NCBI GenBank assembly: GCA_016748015.1
Contig: JAAOMT010000254.1
Span: 1 to 64,000 of the forward strand
Direction: 5' to 3'
From: Geosiphon pyriformis uo1
Taxonomy: Eukaryota > Fungi > Glomeromycota
Length of the DNA stretch: 64,000 bases
Below the pieces are notes generated by a model. That model made no database searches. It saw only the letters and a program-made list of their open reading frames with translations, and was not told where the DNA came from. Numbering within the stretch: position 1 is the first letter of the stretch; each line of letters starts with the position of its first letter. This document shows, one piece after another, positions 13,797 through 27,870 of this stretch. A program made the translations under genes and the position numbers.

Positions 13797-16700
13797 ATTA
13801 TAATTAAAAACTTTTCGTTAATCGAAACTTTTTTTTTTTTTTGAAATTTTAATTCAATTACTCCTTAAACATTTGCTCAAGGCCTTTAATGAACTCATGA
13901 TCACCAATATTTTCATTTCTCCTTATTCATTTCCTGATCCTTCAGGTAAATGTTTTATTGGGATGATACATGATTAATTTTGCCAATAAATACGAAATTA
14001 TGTGATATTTGTAGTTTTTAACTGGCCCTGGTTACTCCTTAACCTGTCTCAGCGGACTGCCCACCCCCCCCCCCTTATCCTCCCCCATAGCCTGAGTGAA
14101 ATAACGCTCAAGATTAGAGTCTAATTAATTAGTTCTAGAATTTGTTTTAATTCAAACTTCCAATTCGAGAATAAAATTTCAGATGGTTATTAGGAAGATC
14201 GATACTTGAAATGGACCTAGATCCGATTTGTTTGTAGATTGTCAGAAACTTATTCAAAGTTCAAGTATTTCAAGATGGCACACATAAAATTATTTTTTAG
14301 CTTCAAAACTCTTTGGGCTTTTGTGAACAATACATCAATAATGATTATTTCTAGTTTAAAATAATTTCAAATTGAAAGATTTTATAGGTAAAAATATCCT
14401 ATAAATTCAAAGAGACATTATTAAAAAAGTAGGTCTAAAAAGAAAAATGTCAAAGAATTCATTTTCTTGAGTTCCCAACTAGGAACGGCAAATTGAATGG
14501 TTTTTTCCAAAAATTAATAATAATATAATCCGTTAGGTACAGATGCTTATGTCGATATGATCGAGAAGTTGGAAATGATTCACTATCCAAATTTATAGCT
14601 TCTCATGAAATGAAAGTAATCAATTTTTTGTATTTTAATAATTATAATAAAATGGGTCAAAGTTAATTTCTTTAAAAAAAAAGCTAATTATCTAAATAAG
14701 TTTATTCAACTGAATATTTCAAAAAGAGACGAACTGATAACTTCATCTGAAAATCTATACTGAAGAATTTTTCAAAGATTTTTAACTTTTGCAACAATTC
14801 AAAAGTCTAAAATATGTGATTATTTAGAATTACCTACCATGATCATTATGTTCTTTTTTTTCCCAAAAAAGGAATGACTACTTGTCATTATAGAAATGAG
14901 TTTTGGATATATGCGTTGTATGATTGTAGTGACCTCAATTATGAAACTTATATCAAATAATTTCCTATAAATTTTCACTATTCATTTTATTTCTAGTTTG
15001 ACTTGTTAAATTTTGGAAAGGTAATTTTGATATTTTTTCAATTGAAATAGTTTTGCACAAAATTGGTTACCTAAAAAGCTAGATTCAAAGAATGTATCGA
15101 GCATCACTGCACATAATTTTATATATTTTAAAAGTAAGACTTTCTTAAAATATTAATATCTAACTTTTTCACTTTTTTATTATAAGTAAATAAAGAAACA
15201 GTCTGACCCTAGAAAATTTTGAATAATAATGCTTCAATTGGAACTTGCAAAATATTTTAATTATCCATATATTAAGAAAAATATAATTTTTCTGGCTTCT
15301 AACATTGTTAAATGTAGAAATGTAGAAATTTTTAAATGAACTATTCCTTACCGATCAAGTAGTCATTTTATTTGAAAACATATTTCCAGATTCAATTTTA
15401 CAATAGAAAAATCTTTTAATTGTAATTCTTTTAATTAAACAACTTATATTAGAAAATTTTGAAAATGTTCAGTTAAAAAGAAACCAATTTAATATTTGGG
15501 ATTATGAAAGTGAAATTGCATAAACTAATCAATTTAAAAGGAAAAATTTTTCAGTCATTGTAACATTCTATAAAAAGTTAGTCATATATATTTTGAATTA
15601 TTAAACTTTGTATTAAATTAATTAAATCATATTTTATATATTAAAAATTGATTATTAAACACAAAATTTTATAAGTTTTTATTTTTACTGATTAAAACAT
15701 TATGAGCCATAAAACATTCTCTTTACTGATATATTTTTTGCCTATTTAATTTTTTAATTAGCTTCTTTTTTTCCATTTAAAATAAATGTAATCCAGGAAA
15801 TTTTTTCGTTGGATGTATTCTTTTCCGTTTAGAAAGTTATAAAAACGATGATGATGTATAGATTCGGGTTTTCATTTTTCCATGGCTCATCTTTAACCAA
15901 TTAAAAATCATGACACTGGGAAAAAGTTTGATGACCCATTTCAAGATTTCTATTTGATTTTGTAAATCTTTCTGACGAGCTTCTCTAGGATATTTATCAA
16001 GTAAGTTTTTTAAAAAAATTTTCACAAAAAAGAGTTTGCTATCTTACCGGTTCAGTTTACTCGTTGCCAGTCATGCTTGAAGATGAAACCATGTGTGCAA
16101 CTGTCCAGTGTTTAGTGAAGACAGATTGCTTCCTTCATTCTTTTTATTACGCTTGCCGAGTCTTTTATTGAGGGTTATGTGGGGAAAGTTTTTTTTTGAA
16201 AAATATACTTGATAATTTAATCAATAAAAATTCTCTTGAACCTTCTCTTGTTCAAGGCTTTTTATTCATAGATCTTGATATATGAAGAAAACTAATCTTT
16301 TTACAAAAATTTTATTTCAGCGGCAGAGGTATCCACATCTATGGATGGGTAGATTACTATTTTCCAAGTTTTAGAGGTTAGGGCGTCATCTTTTCTTATT
16401 GATTTCCCTCTATTCTTTTCACTACCTCCCCCTTTGACCTGTTGTAATGATGTTGAGAAATAAAAAAAAAATGATTTAATGAGTTTGAATAGTGAGATTA
16501 GACACCTCACTCATGAAACAAAATCGCATCTCTGAACAACGAAAAACGATTAATGAAAATTTTTCGTGTTTGTTTTTAGATCACATTATTATTATTAGCT
16601 TTATGCTAAAATTAATATCTAATCATGTTATATTTTTTCTTTCGATAACAGTAAGGAGAAAAGAAACAAGAAACAAAATGGCTCTCGATTGATTTGATTT

Positions 16701-16949
16701 TTGGATAAGGTAAATTTTTGAGGTGAACTATTATTTGAGAACGTCTTTACTGGTTTATCTTGTTAATTATAAAAATAGAGTGCTATTTAACTGCTAATGT
16801 ATTTCAAGTTATCCACATTAATTATAATATCTTTAATCTATTATGACATATAAAATGTTTTTGTGGCCAAGTAACCACATTCTTTGCATCAAATACAGTT
16901 AATTACAATTATTAAAACCATTTTTATTTTATGCATCTGACAAATTCAT

Positions 16950-18058
16950 GTTGTTTATGTAAAAAAAAATATATTAAATATTGTGAATAATATTTTGATA
17001 TTAAAAAAAAATGTTTCAAATTTTTATTTAATTGTAATTTTAAAAATAATATTAAATAAATAAATATTATTTTTTATTTATTATTTTTTTACTATCTATT
17101 ATGATACAATAAATAAAATACTTTAAAATAAATGTAATTTATGAATTTCTACACATAACCAGTTATTTAAACTAATTAAGAATATATTGTATTAAAATTA
17201 TAAAAATAAATTTAACCAAAACAGTTATTTTATGTATAATTACAACTAAACTATTAATATTAAATAATAAAAAGCTTTATTATTGGTTTATTATCAAAAG
17301 TTTTTAATAATAACAATTATATTAAGATTAATTTTAATTAATTACTTAAAAAAACTTCTATTTAAACCCAAAAATAATGTTTTAATAGCAGTTAAAAAAC
17401 TATTTTAATTCTATATTACTGAAAAAAAAAATATTTTAAAAGAGTATTATTTAATTGTTTTTATTTTAAGAAAAAGTTTTAAGTATTAAAACTAATAAAA
17501 AAATATCAAAAATAAAATTTATAATTTGTTTTAAATATAGTTATAAAATATTTATTATATTATTTAACTTATTTTTTTTTATAAATATAATTTGTAATTG
17601 TGTTAATTTTTTTGTAAATTATATTATAAAATTAATTATAATTAATTATAATTAAAACTAAATTTTGAATTTAAGTTTTTAAAAATTATATTTTTATTAA
17701 TAAATATTAATAATATAGTAATTTAATCAATAATTTAAGCATATAAAATGAAAATAACAAATTAATTTAATAAAATATTTTTTTTTAAAAATTATTTAAT
17801 GAATAAAATATTTTATTAAAATTAAAAAAAAATTTTATAAATAAAAACAAGTAATTTAAATTTTAATATTTGTAATAATATTAATAATTAAAATTTTTAA
17901 TTTTTAAAAGTATTAATTTTAATAATTATAATATATTAAAAACTTTTTAATTTACAAAATAATAATTACATATTTTTAATAATAATCAAAATTAAATAAA
18001 TAAAAATAAGGCAAATTTAATTATAAATTTAATTAATTATATTTTTAATCTTAATAAA

Positions 18059-18090
<32 letters not shown>

Positions 18091-18950
18091 ATTTTTAATA
18101 AATAATAATTTAATTATTTTGTAAAATTTACAAATTCATAAAATTAAATTTAATAAAAAAACTATAAAAATTTAAATAAAAAAGTTTGTTTAAATAATAA
18201 AATTAATATAAAAAACTATTTTTAATACTTAATTTAATATATTTTTAATATAAATTTATATAATTTTTAATGTATAAAAAATTTATAATTTATGTTTTAT
18301 TTCAATATTTTTTATAATTAATAACAAATATTATTGTATTTTTTAATTATAACTTAATTTAATAAATTACAAAAATAAATAAACAGTTTTTTACAATATT
18401 AAAAATAAAAAATAAAAAATAAAAATAAAAATAAGTAATAAAGTACAATAAAATTCAATAAATAATTATTTTATTTATTATTTTGATCTTATATTTGAAT
18501 TTTGTTATTAATTGTTTTTTCTAAAAAAAATTTTTGTTTATATAATTATTAAAAAAATTATTAATTAGTTAATAACTAAATTAATAATCTGATTAATAAT
18601 TAAATTAATAATTAAATTAACAACTTTATTTAAAAATTAAATAATTAATTATATAATATTAAGTAGCTAATACATGTAATATTAATAAAAAATATGAGTT
18701 TTAGTCATAATAATATATATATATTAAAACTTAAAACTTAAATTTTATATATTAAAAGTTAATATTTATTTTTAAAAATACTTATTGTTAAATTTATCTT
18801 TTTTTAAAATATTTAATTTCTTAATTTTAAAAATAGATCAAATTTTAATAAATTAATCAATAATATTTTACAAAAAATCAGATTACATTTTTATTATACA
18901 TTATAATTATTGAATTATCTCAAAATTAATTAGTTAAATACCTTTGAATT
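16950..18950. other. Ultra-AT-rich desert, probably a terminally mutated repeat
   Basis: Almost devoid of G/C, with no ORFs and fairly sharp borders against normal intergenic DNA. Confidence 0.6.
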
Positions 18951-19434
18951 TGTTGTTATTAAATAGCTTACAATAGTCAATTATTTTTATATCACTCACT
19001 TTTCTTCTATTAATACCTTTACTAATTTTAAATCTCGCATAAATAATAATCACTTTTTAAGAGTAAAAGGAAAATTAATCTTGAATAATGAATCCAACAG
19101 TTATGGTATAAACTCTAATTTTAACTCAGTATCAACAAATTTTTGCTGTGTAACTATTAATAGATCGTTTCAGAAGACGCCAAATTAAAACTGCCATTTG
19201 TTATTTTATTTACTTTTTTATGACTCCTTGAAACAATCCCCCCCCCCCATATCATCCGTTATTCAACGGAGTGGTTTGTTTACATTATAACCAGGATTAT
19301 CACGAAATTAATGTCATATTAATTAAATCTGTTTATGAAATCCAAATAAAATAAAAATGTAAATCTAAGATGAGAACAATTAAAATAATGCAAGAATTAC
19401 GAAGCAATTTGATTCAATTACTTTTGTTCCCAAA

Positions 19435-20095
19435 TCAATGACGCTTTCGAAAAGTGACATTTTTCGATTTCTTCAATAGCTTCTCTTCTGACCCAGCAAA
19501 ATTCCCATTCTGATTAACTGATCCCAATTTTTCGCTCACTTTTGAATTGCTGTTTGTATCATTAAAGTCTTTATTTATTCGCTGAACTTTGCTGAATTCT
19601 CTTTTGGGAAACATTTGGCTAGCATCAAGAGATCTATTTTCATGATTTGTAACTTGCCAGACCAAACATAAAATTTAAATTTTAGGTCTTTCCAATATAG
19701 CAAGTCTAATTTGAAAAGTGAGGAAAAACTTATATAAATAGATGTTTACCAGTTTTTGGGACCTTACACTTTTTCGAATTATAGGTTTGTGAGGAGTGAT
19801 GGGCAAGCGAAAAAGGTAAGGCTGGTCCTGTCGCTATCAGGCTTCTGGTATCAAAGAGCCTTTTGGGTACAATCCAACCTCGCAAGTCGCACCCGCCGCG
19901 TGGGAACCAATGTTGAACCTCATCAGTGAAACAACTGTTATTAATTGATTTTCCAGGAGTCGGGGTATCCCTAGAGAGACGAGAAGGACTTGAAGCATAT
20001 TGTTTAGGACAAGTACGTAAAGCTCGATTTCTATGACAACGAGCGGGTATGTATCGCCAGGCCTCGGTTACAGCTTCGCAAAAGGGTGATTCCAT
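19435..20095 (-). CDS. Possible small two-exon hypothetical protein
   Basis: GC-richer island with a 121-aa ATG-started ORF and a GTAAAC donor near 19749. I could not find an acceptor that cleanly joins the 19435-19665 ORF. Confidence 0.4.
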
Positions 20096-21448
20096 TCTTT
20101 AAGTGAAATGGAATGTTTAAGTGACTACTGTTTGTAAAAGGATTTTTAAAAAGCACGCTAATACGAATCGCGTTTGAATGATGAGAGATAAGAGATGTCT
20201 GATAAGATACACGACATGATTATTAACTGAATAATGTTTAATATAAATAATTTAACGATCTGTTTTTGAAAACTCATTTGCATAAAATTAAAAATTAAAT
20301 TTTTTTTATTTTACTTATAATATAATAAATTGAGATTATTATTATTATTATTATTAGTTATAAATTTCAAGATTTTTTGGTAAGAATAAAATTTATGAAA
20401 AAAAAGCTCAATATTTTATGAAAAAATTCTTAAGAATATAAAATCGACATTTTTATTTTTATTTTTTTATGTGAAATTTTACTTTTATTAATATCAACTT
20501 ATTTTTTTAGAATCATATCACTTATTTAAATCGAAAAATATTATATCTCGTAATTTTATGCTATTTATTTTTTGAATTAAATTAGTTTTAAACTATTTTT
20601 ATCATTATTATTTTTTTGATCTAACCTTATAAATAATAAATAAAAATAAGTAATTATTAATATATTATTAATCTATAATATCATAATACAAATTCATTTA
20701 TTTATTAAATATTTATAAATTTAAAATATTTTAAATTTAAAAAATAATTTAATTATTTGAATAATACAAAAATTATTACGATTTAGCTAATAACCAAATT
20801 TGATTTTAATTAAATTCACTAAATTCAAAATTTGCAATAACAAACATATTGCTTAAAAAAAGGTTTCACATCATGAATATTTATGATAATAATAATGGAT
20901 ATCATCAAATCAATATTTAAAATGTGTATCTTTTTAAAGATTAATCTATTTGATTTAAAACCTTTTACGAGAATTTATTTATCCTATTCTCAAAATGGTG
21001 AAACATTAAAGGTATGAAGGGATTTGCATTGTATAAAGTTATATTATTTTGGCTAGAGTTTATTTAGAGTTATGGTGCTAATGGCCAAAATTACTAAAGT
21101 TCATCTTAACCATGTCAAGATTGTCACAGGTCAGCCAAACAGACATAAAGAGAAGAAACGTTTGACAACTTCTCCCGACTGATTTTCAATCTTACTATTA
21201 ATAGAGATCCAGTGAAGGATTAAGATTTTGAAGCAGAAAGTTTTAAAGCTCTCTTTTATCTTATCCCTTTTTAATTTGTTTTTTTTTTAGGGAAACTAGA
21301 AAAAGTGATAGACAAAAACTTATAAAATAAGTTGATGAAATTTTTTGTATTATAGTAAAAAAATTTCTCGAGAAAAAGGTCGGCTCAGAAACCGTCAAAA
21401 TTCGGAGAAAAAGGCTGAAGTTTTTGAAACGCATACACCTACTCAATC

Positions 21449-22108
21449 ATGTCAGACACATACACCTTATTAACACTCTTATTGGTCTTCGTACCGATAA
21501 TGATCGGTGCTCCGACCATCTGTTGTTGTTTATGTCGTCGTTGTTTTAAGCGTGACTCAAACGGTTTACCTAGACAATATGCAATTGGTGCACCAAGAAG
21601 AGATAATGGACCTCCGTCGTTGCCTGCTGAAGACTGTCTTGTCTACGTTTACCAATATAACCCAGACGGTGAATCATCTTTATTAGGTTCAGAAGGTGGT
21701 CAAGGCGGTACACCACAAGCCGCGTATGGCATTAACGGACGATACTATGTACCTCAATTACCTTTAATACCACATTCCCCATATTATGATGATGCACCGC
21801 CAAAATATGAAGATATTGTTGATTTATCTGTTTTGGATAATAATCAAATAAGTCAACAACAACAACAACAAGAAAGATTGGAACCCTACCGAGATGAAGT
21901 GAATTATAATGAACATGTGATAGTTTACAATGAAGAAGGGGAACGAGTGACACCCTATCAACTTGACATTCCTACTTCAAATCATCCGGAATCATCTCAA
22001 CAAATACATCAATCAAATGAATCCTCTTCACTAGATGAAGTAAGTCATTCGGAACCATTGGTTAATATCGATGATGAATCAGACCCTACAAATAATACTA
22101 GGTTTTAG
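21449..22108 (+). CDS. Single-pass membrane protein with juxtamembrane Cys cluster and PPxY motif (Rcr1/WBP1/VOPP1-like architecture)
   Basis: Intronless 219-aa ORF with an N-terminal hydrophobic helix, CCCLCRRC, APPKYED and an acidic disordered tail. Confidence 0.8.
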   Translation: MSDTYTLLTLLLVFVPIMIGAPTICCCLCRRCFKRDSNGLPRQYAIGAPRRDNGPPSLPAEDCLVYVYQYNPDGESSLLGSEGGQGGTPQAAYGINGRYYVPQLPLIPHSPYYDDAPPKYEDIVDLSVLDNNQISQQQQQQERLEPYRDEVNYNEHVIVYNEEGERVTPYQLDIPTSNHPESSQQIHQSNESSSLDEVSHSEPLVNIDDESDPTNNTRF

Positions 22109-23699
22109 TAAGAAAATTTTGGTATTTTTCCTCTCCTTTTTCCTTTTTCCTTTTCTTCTTTCTTTCTTGATTTGACATCAGCAGGTTTGATTGGATTTTG
22201 TAACAATAATAAAATTGTAAAAATTTATACGCATCTTTATTTAAACTCATTTCATTCAAGACACCGCCTGATGAATTATATGAATAAAATTTCTTGTAAA
22301 ATTTCCTTTTGGATTTCGTGCCCAAGAAATTTCCCTTGAATTTAACATTGACCAACATCAATCAATTTTACACAAAAACGAATGGATGGTATATCGAAGA
22401 GTGGGCTCAGAAAAGAGACATTTTCTCTTTGAATCTTGAGAAATATTACGTTGAATAGACAATCTAATTTTGTTGAAATCAAAAATTTGGAATTGTTTTA
22501 TTTCTTATTAAATTTTATCAAAAGTTTTGCGCTGAAGTGGTAAGGTTCATTTGACATGATATCATCATCCCAAATTGTACACAATAAATTTTAAATGGTT
22601 TTGATTACTCTCCAAGTTGGCGCTCACTTAGCATATCGGATGATTATCACGAATCTTGGAACTTTTCTTGGTTGTTGAAAGCGCACCGGATGATTCCCCT
22701 TCCGCGATACATATGTGCTCCCAAATAGGAAAGCGAAAGGAGATGAAGATGTTACATCTTATTGATATATTACTTTGAGGCTAATATAACTTTCAGATGT
22801 AATAATATGCTACATTGGTGGCTCATCTTTTAATTGTAATTTTTATATAAGAAATTACATACATTATTGCTTTTTTTGTTGACAACCATTTAAACATTAT
22901 AACAATAAATTGATTTTTTTGGTTTACATATATAATTTCATAATTTTTTTAATTTTTAATTAATAATAAAGTTTACAATAATTTTTAATAATTATATTTT
23001 GTTATATTATTTAGTAAATATTATATATTTAAAATTTTTTTAATGAAAATTTAAATTAAACTACATAATAACCAGTTTAAAAATTAAAAATTTTTTAATA
23101 TAATTTATTAAAAAGTGGTTTTATGTTAAAAGTATTATTTTATTAAAGTTATTATTGCTTTGTTAAAAATTTTAATATATATTTTTAATATTAATTTATA
23201 AAACAATATAATATAAAAAATTTAATTTATTTGTTAAAAATCAATCAATAAATATTATTTAAATGTTTATATATTTATTTTAACTATTTTTTTAAAATTT
23301 ATTAATAAAAATAAAAATTCTATTTTTTAAAAAACTATAAAAATTTGTTTTATATAATATTAAAAATTTAAAAATTATTATATAGTTTTTATTTTATATA
23401 TATATATAATTATAAATTAAAATAAAAATATTTCTTAATTTTCTAAGATTTTTTATATCTAATTTAGTTAAATAATTAAATTATATTATATCTTTTTGTT
23501 ATTATTGAATTGATTTTTTATTTTTTATTTGCTGGCTGATTTTATTAATTAAATATGATAATATAGGTTTTTTTACATGATTTTAATGATAATTTTTATA
23601 ATATATATTGTAATTTTTGCATTAAAAACTATAAAAATCTGCTGATAATACTAAATAAAAAAGCTTTTTACACTATATTGTTACCAGATTTTTGTTCTT

Positions 23700-26600
23700 A
23701 ACTCTCTAATATACTTGATTTTAAAAAGTTTCAGTAATAAAAAAAGACTTAATAAATATTAATATAAATATTATCAATATTTATATAAATAATTTTTTGT
23801 AAAATTTGGATATTTTTATTATAAATATAATATTGTTATGTTTTTTATTAATTTGAATCTAATTATTAAAGTTAAAGTTAAAAGCATGGTTTTTTCTATA
23901 TTAATAAAACTATAAATAATTGTATTAATTTTAAAATATGTTTTTAATTTTAATATTATTGTAATCTATTTAGATAATTAAGCTGTTTTAAATATTTGTT
24001 TATCTAAATTAAAATTAGATTTATCTAACTTTTACAATTATTGTTGGCTAAAAAAATATTATATTAAAAATATTATTAAAAAAAAAACTGGTATATTATT
24101 TAATTAAAAGTTAAAAGTTATTTTAAAATTATAAATAAGATAATTAATAAATTAACTAGTATTGTATTTTATTCAGATTTTGTGTTTTTTATTTATATTT
24201 ATAAAAAATATATTTATAAAAAAAAAATTTATATTAATAATAATGTTTAATATTTTATTCATAATATTTTTAAATCTGTTTATTATGTTTAATAAAAAGC
24301 TAAATTTAGTATTGTAATTATGAAAAAAATTTTGCTTAAAAATATTAATTGAATTTGTTTATTGTTAATTTGGTATTCTAATTCTTATATAATTACTAAC
24401 TATATAAATAAAATCTATAATAAATCTGTATTTTTACTACATAAAATTTTTATATTATTGCTTATTTGTTGTGGTTTATAAATATTTATATAATAAAAAA
24501 TATTTAAATATTTTATATTTATATTATAAAAAAATCAAGTTTTCTGACCACTTTTTTTTGCATAATAAATTTTAATTTTTACAAAAAGTTGTTAATATTA
24601 TATATTATTAAATAAAAGTTTATGTTAAAATTAATTTTATTATTATTTTGTGTCTTATAGTTATTTTATTTTATATGTTTAATAAAATACTATATATTAT
24701 TATATATAAAAATTCTGTTTTTAAGAAATAATATTATAAAACTGTATTAATTTTTAATAATACTAGATTGGTTGCTAAAAAGTTGATTAATTTTGTATAT
24801 AAATTAGGAAAATGTTATCAAAAAAAAATTTGAATTGTTAGATCTAAATTTTGAGCAGCTTTAAAGAAAAATATTTCAATTTTTTATGTTGGTTTCATAT
24901 TTTTTATTGTTTTTGGTCTTTTTTTTTACTTTTTAATAATATTGTAAAGTTAGTTGGTATTGCTAAAATATTTAGTATTTATTTTAGTATATACAAATTG
25001 TGTATATTTTTTTCTGATATTAATTATAATATTATTATTAAAATAGATTTATAATATTGTTTTAATTAGTCTAAATAACTAATTACATATAAAAAAAGAA
25101 TAATTTATATTTAATTTATATTAGTTAATTTGATATTTTGTATTAAACAGCAATTAAATCTTATTTATAAATTAATAAAAAAATCATTATTATTATTTTA
25201 TATCTAATTAAATTAAAAAAATTAATCACTAATTTATTTAAAATTTTTCAAATATTACATAGTTATTTTATTAATTATTAATAAAAAACACCAAATATAA
25301 ATAGATTAAAGTTATTTGTTAATTTAAAATAATAACTTATAAAAATCTCAATTTTTATTTTTTAAATTATAATAAAAAATAACAAATATATTAAAAACAA
25401 TATTTAAAAATAATTTTATTATAATATAAATTAAGTAATAATAATATATATTAATAAAAGTTTATATAAAACTCCAAAATTAAAATATTTAACTGTATTA
25501 AATAATAATAATATAAAAAAATATTTTAATTAAATATTTAAATATATACAAATTACAAAAAATTAATATTATTGTTTATAAAAATACTATTAAAAAACAA
25601 ATATATTAAATAAAATATAAAATTATTATTATTTAAATACAAAAAAATTATAAAAAAAATGACAATATTAATAATTTATTATAAATAAAACAAATATAAA
25701 AAGTTATTATTAAATTTTAAAATTAAAATAAATAATTAAACATATTAATAACAAAAATTTTATTAAGAAAACATATAACTTAATAAAAATTCTAAAAAAC
25801 AAAAAAAATTAATAATTAACAATATTAAAATTAAAAATAAAATATTAGTATATTATATTAAGACAATATTTTTTATTTTATTATAATTAATAAGTAAGAC
25901 TTAAATATTATTTAATATAATATATCAAACTAAATAATTTAAATTATGTATTAATTATATACTTTCTATATATAACTAGCTATTTAAGCCAATTAAAACA
26001 ACATTATAAATTTATCTTAACAGAAACATTACAACTAATTTCAAAAAAAAACACAAAACTTATATATATCAAAACCAATATTTTGTATCTTTACAATTTC
26101 AAGCAATTTGACAACACTATTGAAAAGCAAAAATATTAAACTATATATTATTAAAGATATAAAACTATTACAAAAAACTAAACTATTTTTCTTTAAGACT
26201 ACTTTATGTTTAAATTGTATTAACTATATCTTTTCATAGTAAGTAATACCTAAATCATACACAAAATTAACAATATTTTTAATGGCAATTTGAAAGCAAC
26301 CAAAAACAGATAAAGTTTTAAATACTATTATTTAAACATCACATTTTTATACAAAATAGTATAAATAGTATTATCAAATACATATAAAAAAACAATTATA
26401 AAACACAAAAAAACAACAGACCTAAACACAAAAAAAAATTTTACAAAGCTATATATGACTTGATTAATTTTTTACAAACAGCAAAATCTGATTTATATAT
26501 AAAAAAATGATCAAAAAACTCTATTTATTTACAATAAAGGCACAAAATACTAAAATAATTTTTGTTATATAAATATTTATAAATAGTAATAAACAAGCAA

Positions 26601-27350
26601 TGATGTAAAATTTTTATAAAATATAAATACAAATCAGTAAATATTTTATTAATAAAACCAAAGACTATATATAAATTAAATTATTAAACCAAAACAGTCT
26701 AATTTTAGTTAATATTCTTAATAATATTAGTATTTACAATACCAAAACTAAGTCCAATTTCTTACAAGCATAATAAACAGCTCTAAATATATTACAAATA
26801 AAATACCAAGCATTTTTAAATACTACTATATTACTAGTTTTAATATACTTTTTACAGATATAAATAAAAAACACTAAACCTAAGAAAGTAATACAAACAA
26901 CTAATTTGTTAATATGTTTATTATCTAAGACACTCAAATGGTTTTTAATTTTAAATCAAATAATACCAAGATTTTTATTTCTAATAAAATTCACAATATT
27001 ATATCTTTTAAGCCAATAATAGTTGTAAAAATCTGGCAAAACCAGATTTAGCTTAGCCAAACAAACATTTAAAACAGTTTAATTATTTGAATATATTATT
27101 ATAATATTAGAAACAGGAACACACTCAAGAACTATAGCAATTACAAACAACTTTATTAATATTAACACTTATATCTAAATTTAAATCAATAAAAAATATT
27201 GCTGTATTCTATTTTAATTTAAATATATTCAAATTTTTCAAAAATCTATTTGTATAAACATTAATAATATTTAAATTAATATTAAAAAAATAATTTTTAA
27301 TTACAAAAAAATTGTTAGAACTATGAACATCTAAGGAACAGAAATTATTA
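23700..27350. repeat. Degenerate inverted pair (arms ~23700-25250 and ~25800-27350)
   Basis: The reverse complement of 24900-25190 aligns by eye to 25860-26140, 23900-24060 to 27000-27150, and 23760-23870 to 27170-27280. Coordinate sums stay near 51040-51050, so the arms are colinear around ~25520. Confidence 0.7.
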
Positions 27351-27399
27351 TTTATATATTAATTTACTTAATAAAAGACATTATTAACCAAAAATTTAG

Positions 27400-27870
27400 A
27401 TGCTAACTTAAATCAATCAAAAACTAAATCTTTAAGATTGAATTTTTTCCAATAACAAAAACTTTTTCAATCAAAAATTAACTTTTTTTTAATATAAAGC
27501 TGTTTAATAAAGACAATAACAAATTTTTTAAGAGAACAAAAAATATTATAAAAAACTAAATCTCTTAAAACAAACAATATTAGAATGTCATTAGAAAAAC
27601 AAAATACAAATAGTAATAAATTTGTAAAAAAAATTTCATAATTTAGGAAGATTTTTACTTTGTTAACCAAAAAATTATTAACTAAACAAATTTTTAACTT
27701 TATAAAACACAGCAAAAATACTTAAAAAACCAAATTAATATTTGTAAATTCAACAATCTGTAATTAAATAAATGACTAAAAATATCATTAGCATTTAAAA
27801 ACTTATTATTATAGTTACTATTATAAATAAACTTGATAAGATATAATAATAAAGTTTAGTGTTCTATATT
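27400..27870 (-). mobile_element. Highly mutated LINE ORF2 fragment
   Basis: Minus strand reads D*KSFCYWKKFNLKDLVFD*FKLAS, matching DWKTFHCWKRLDPCGPVPHWF of the LINE at 63660-63725. Confidence 0.65.

Noticed and set aside
15837-16692. Small ORFs at 15837, 16301 and 16492
   Set aside because: No recognisable motifs and no consistent exon chain.
16950-18950. Organelle insertion or centromere
   Set aside because: No mitochondrial gene or tRNA remnants are recognisable, and centromere function cannot be judged from sequence. Decayed repeat is the simpler explanation.
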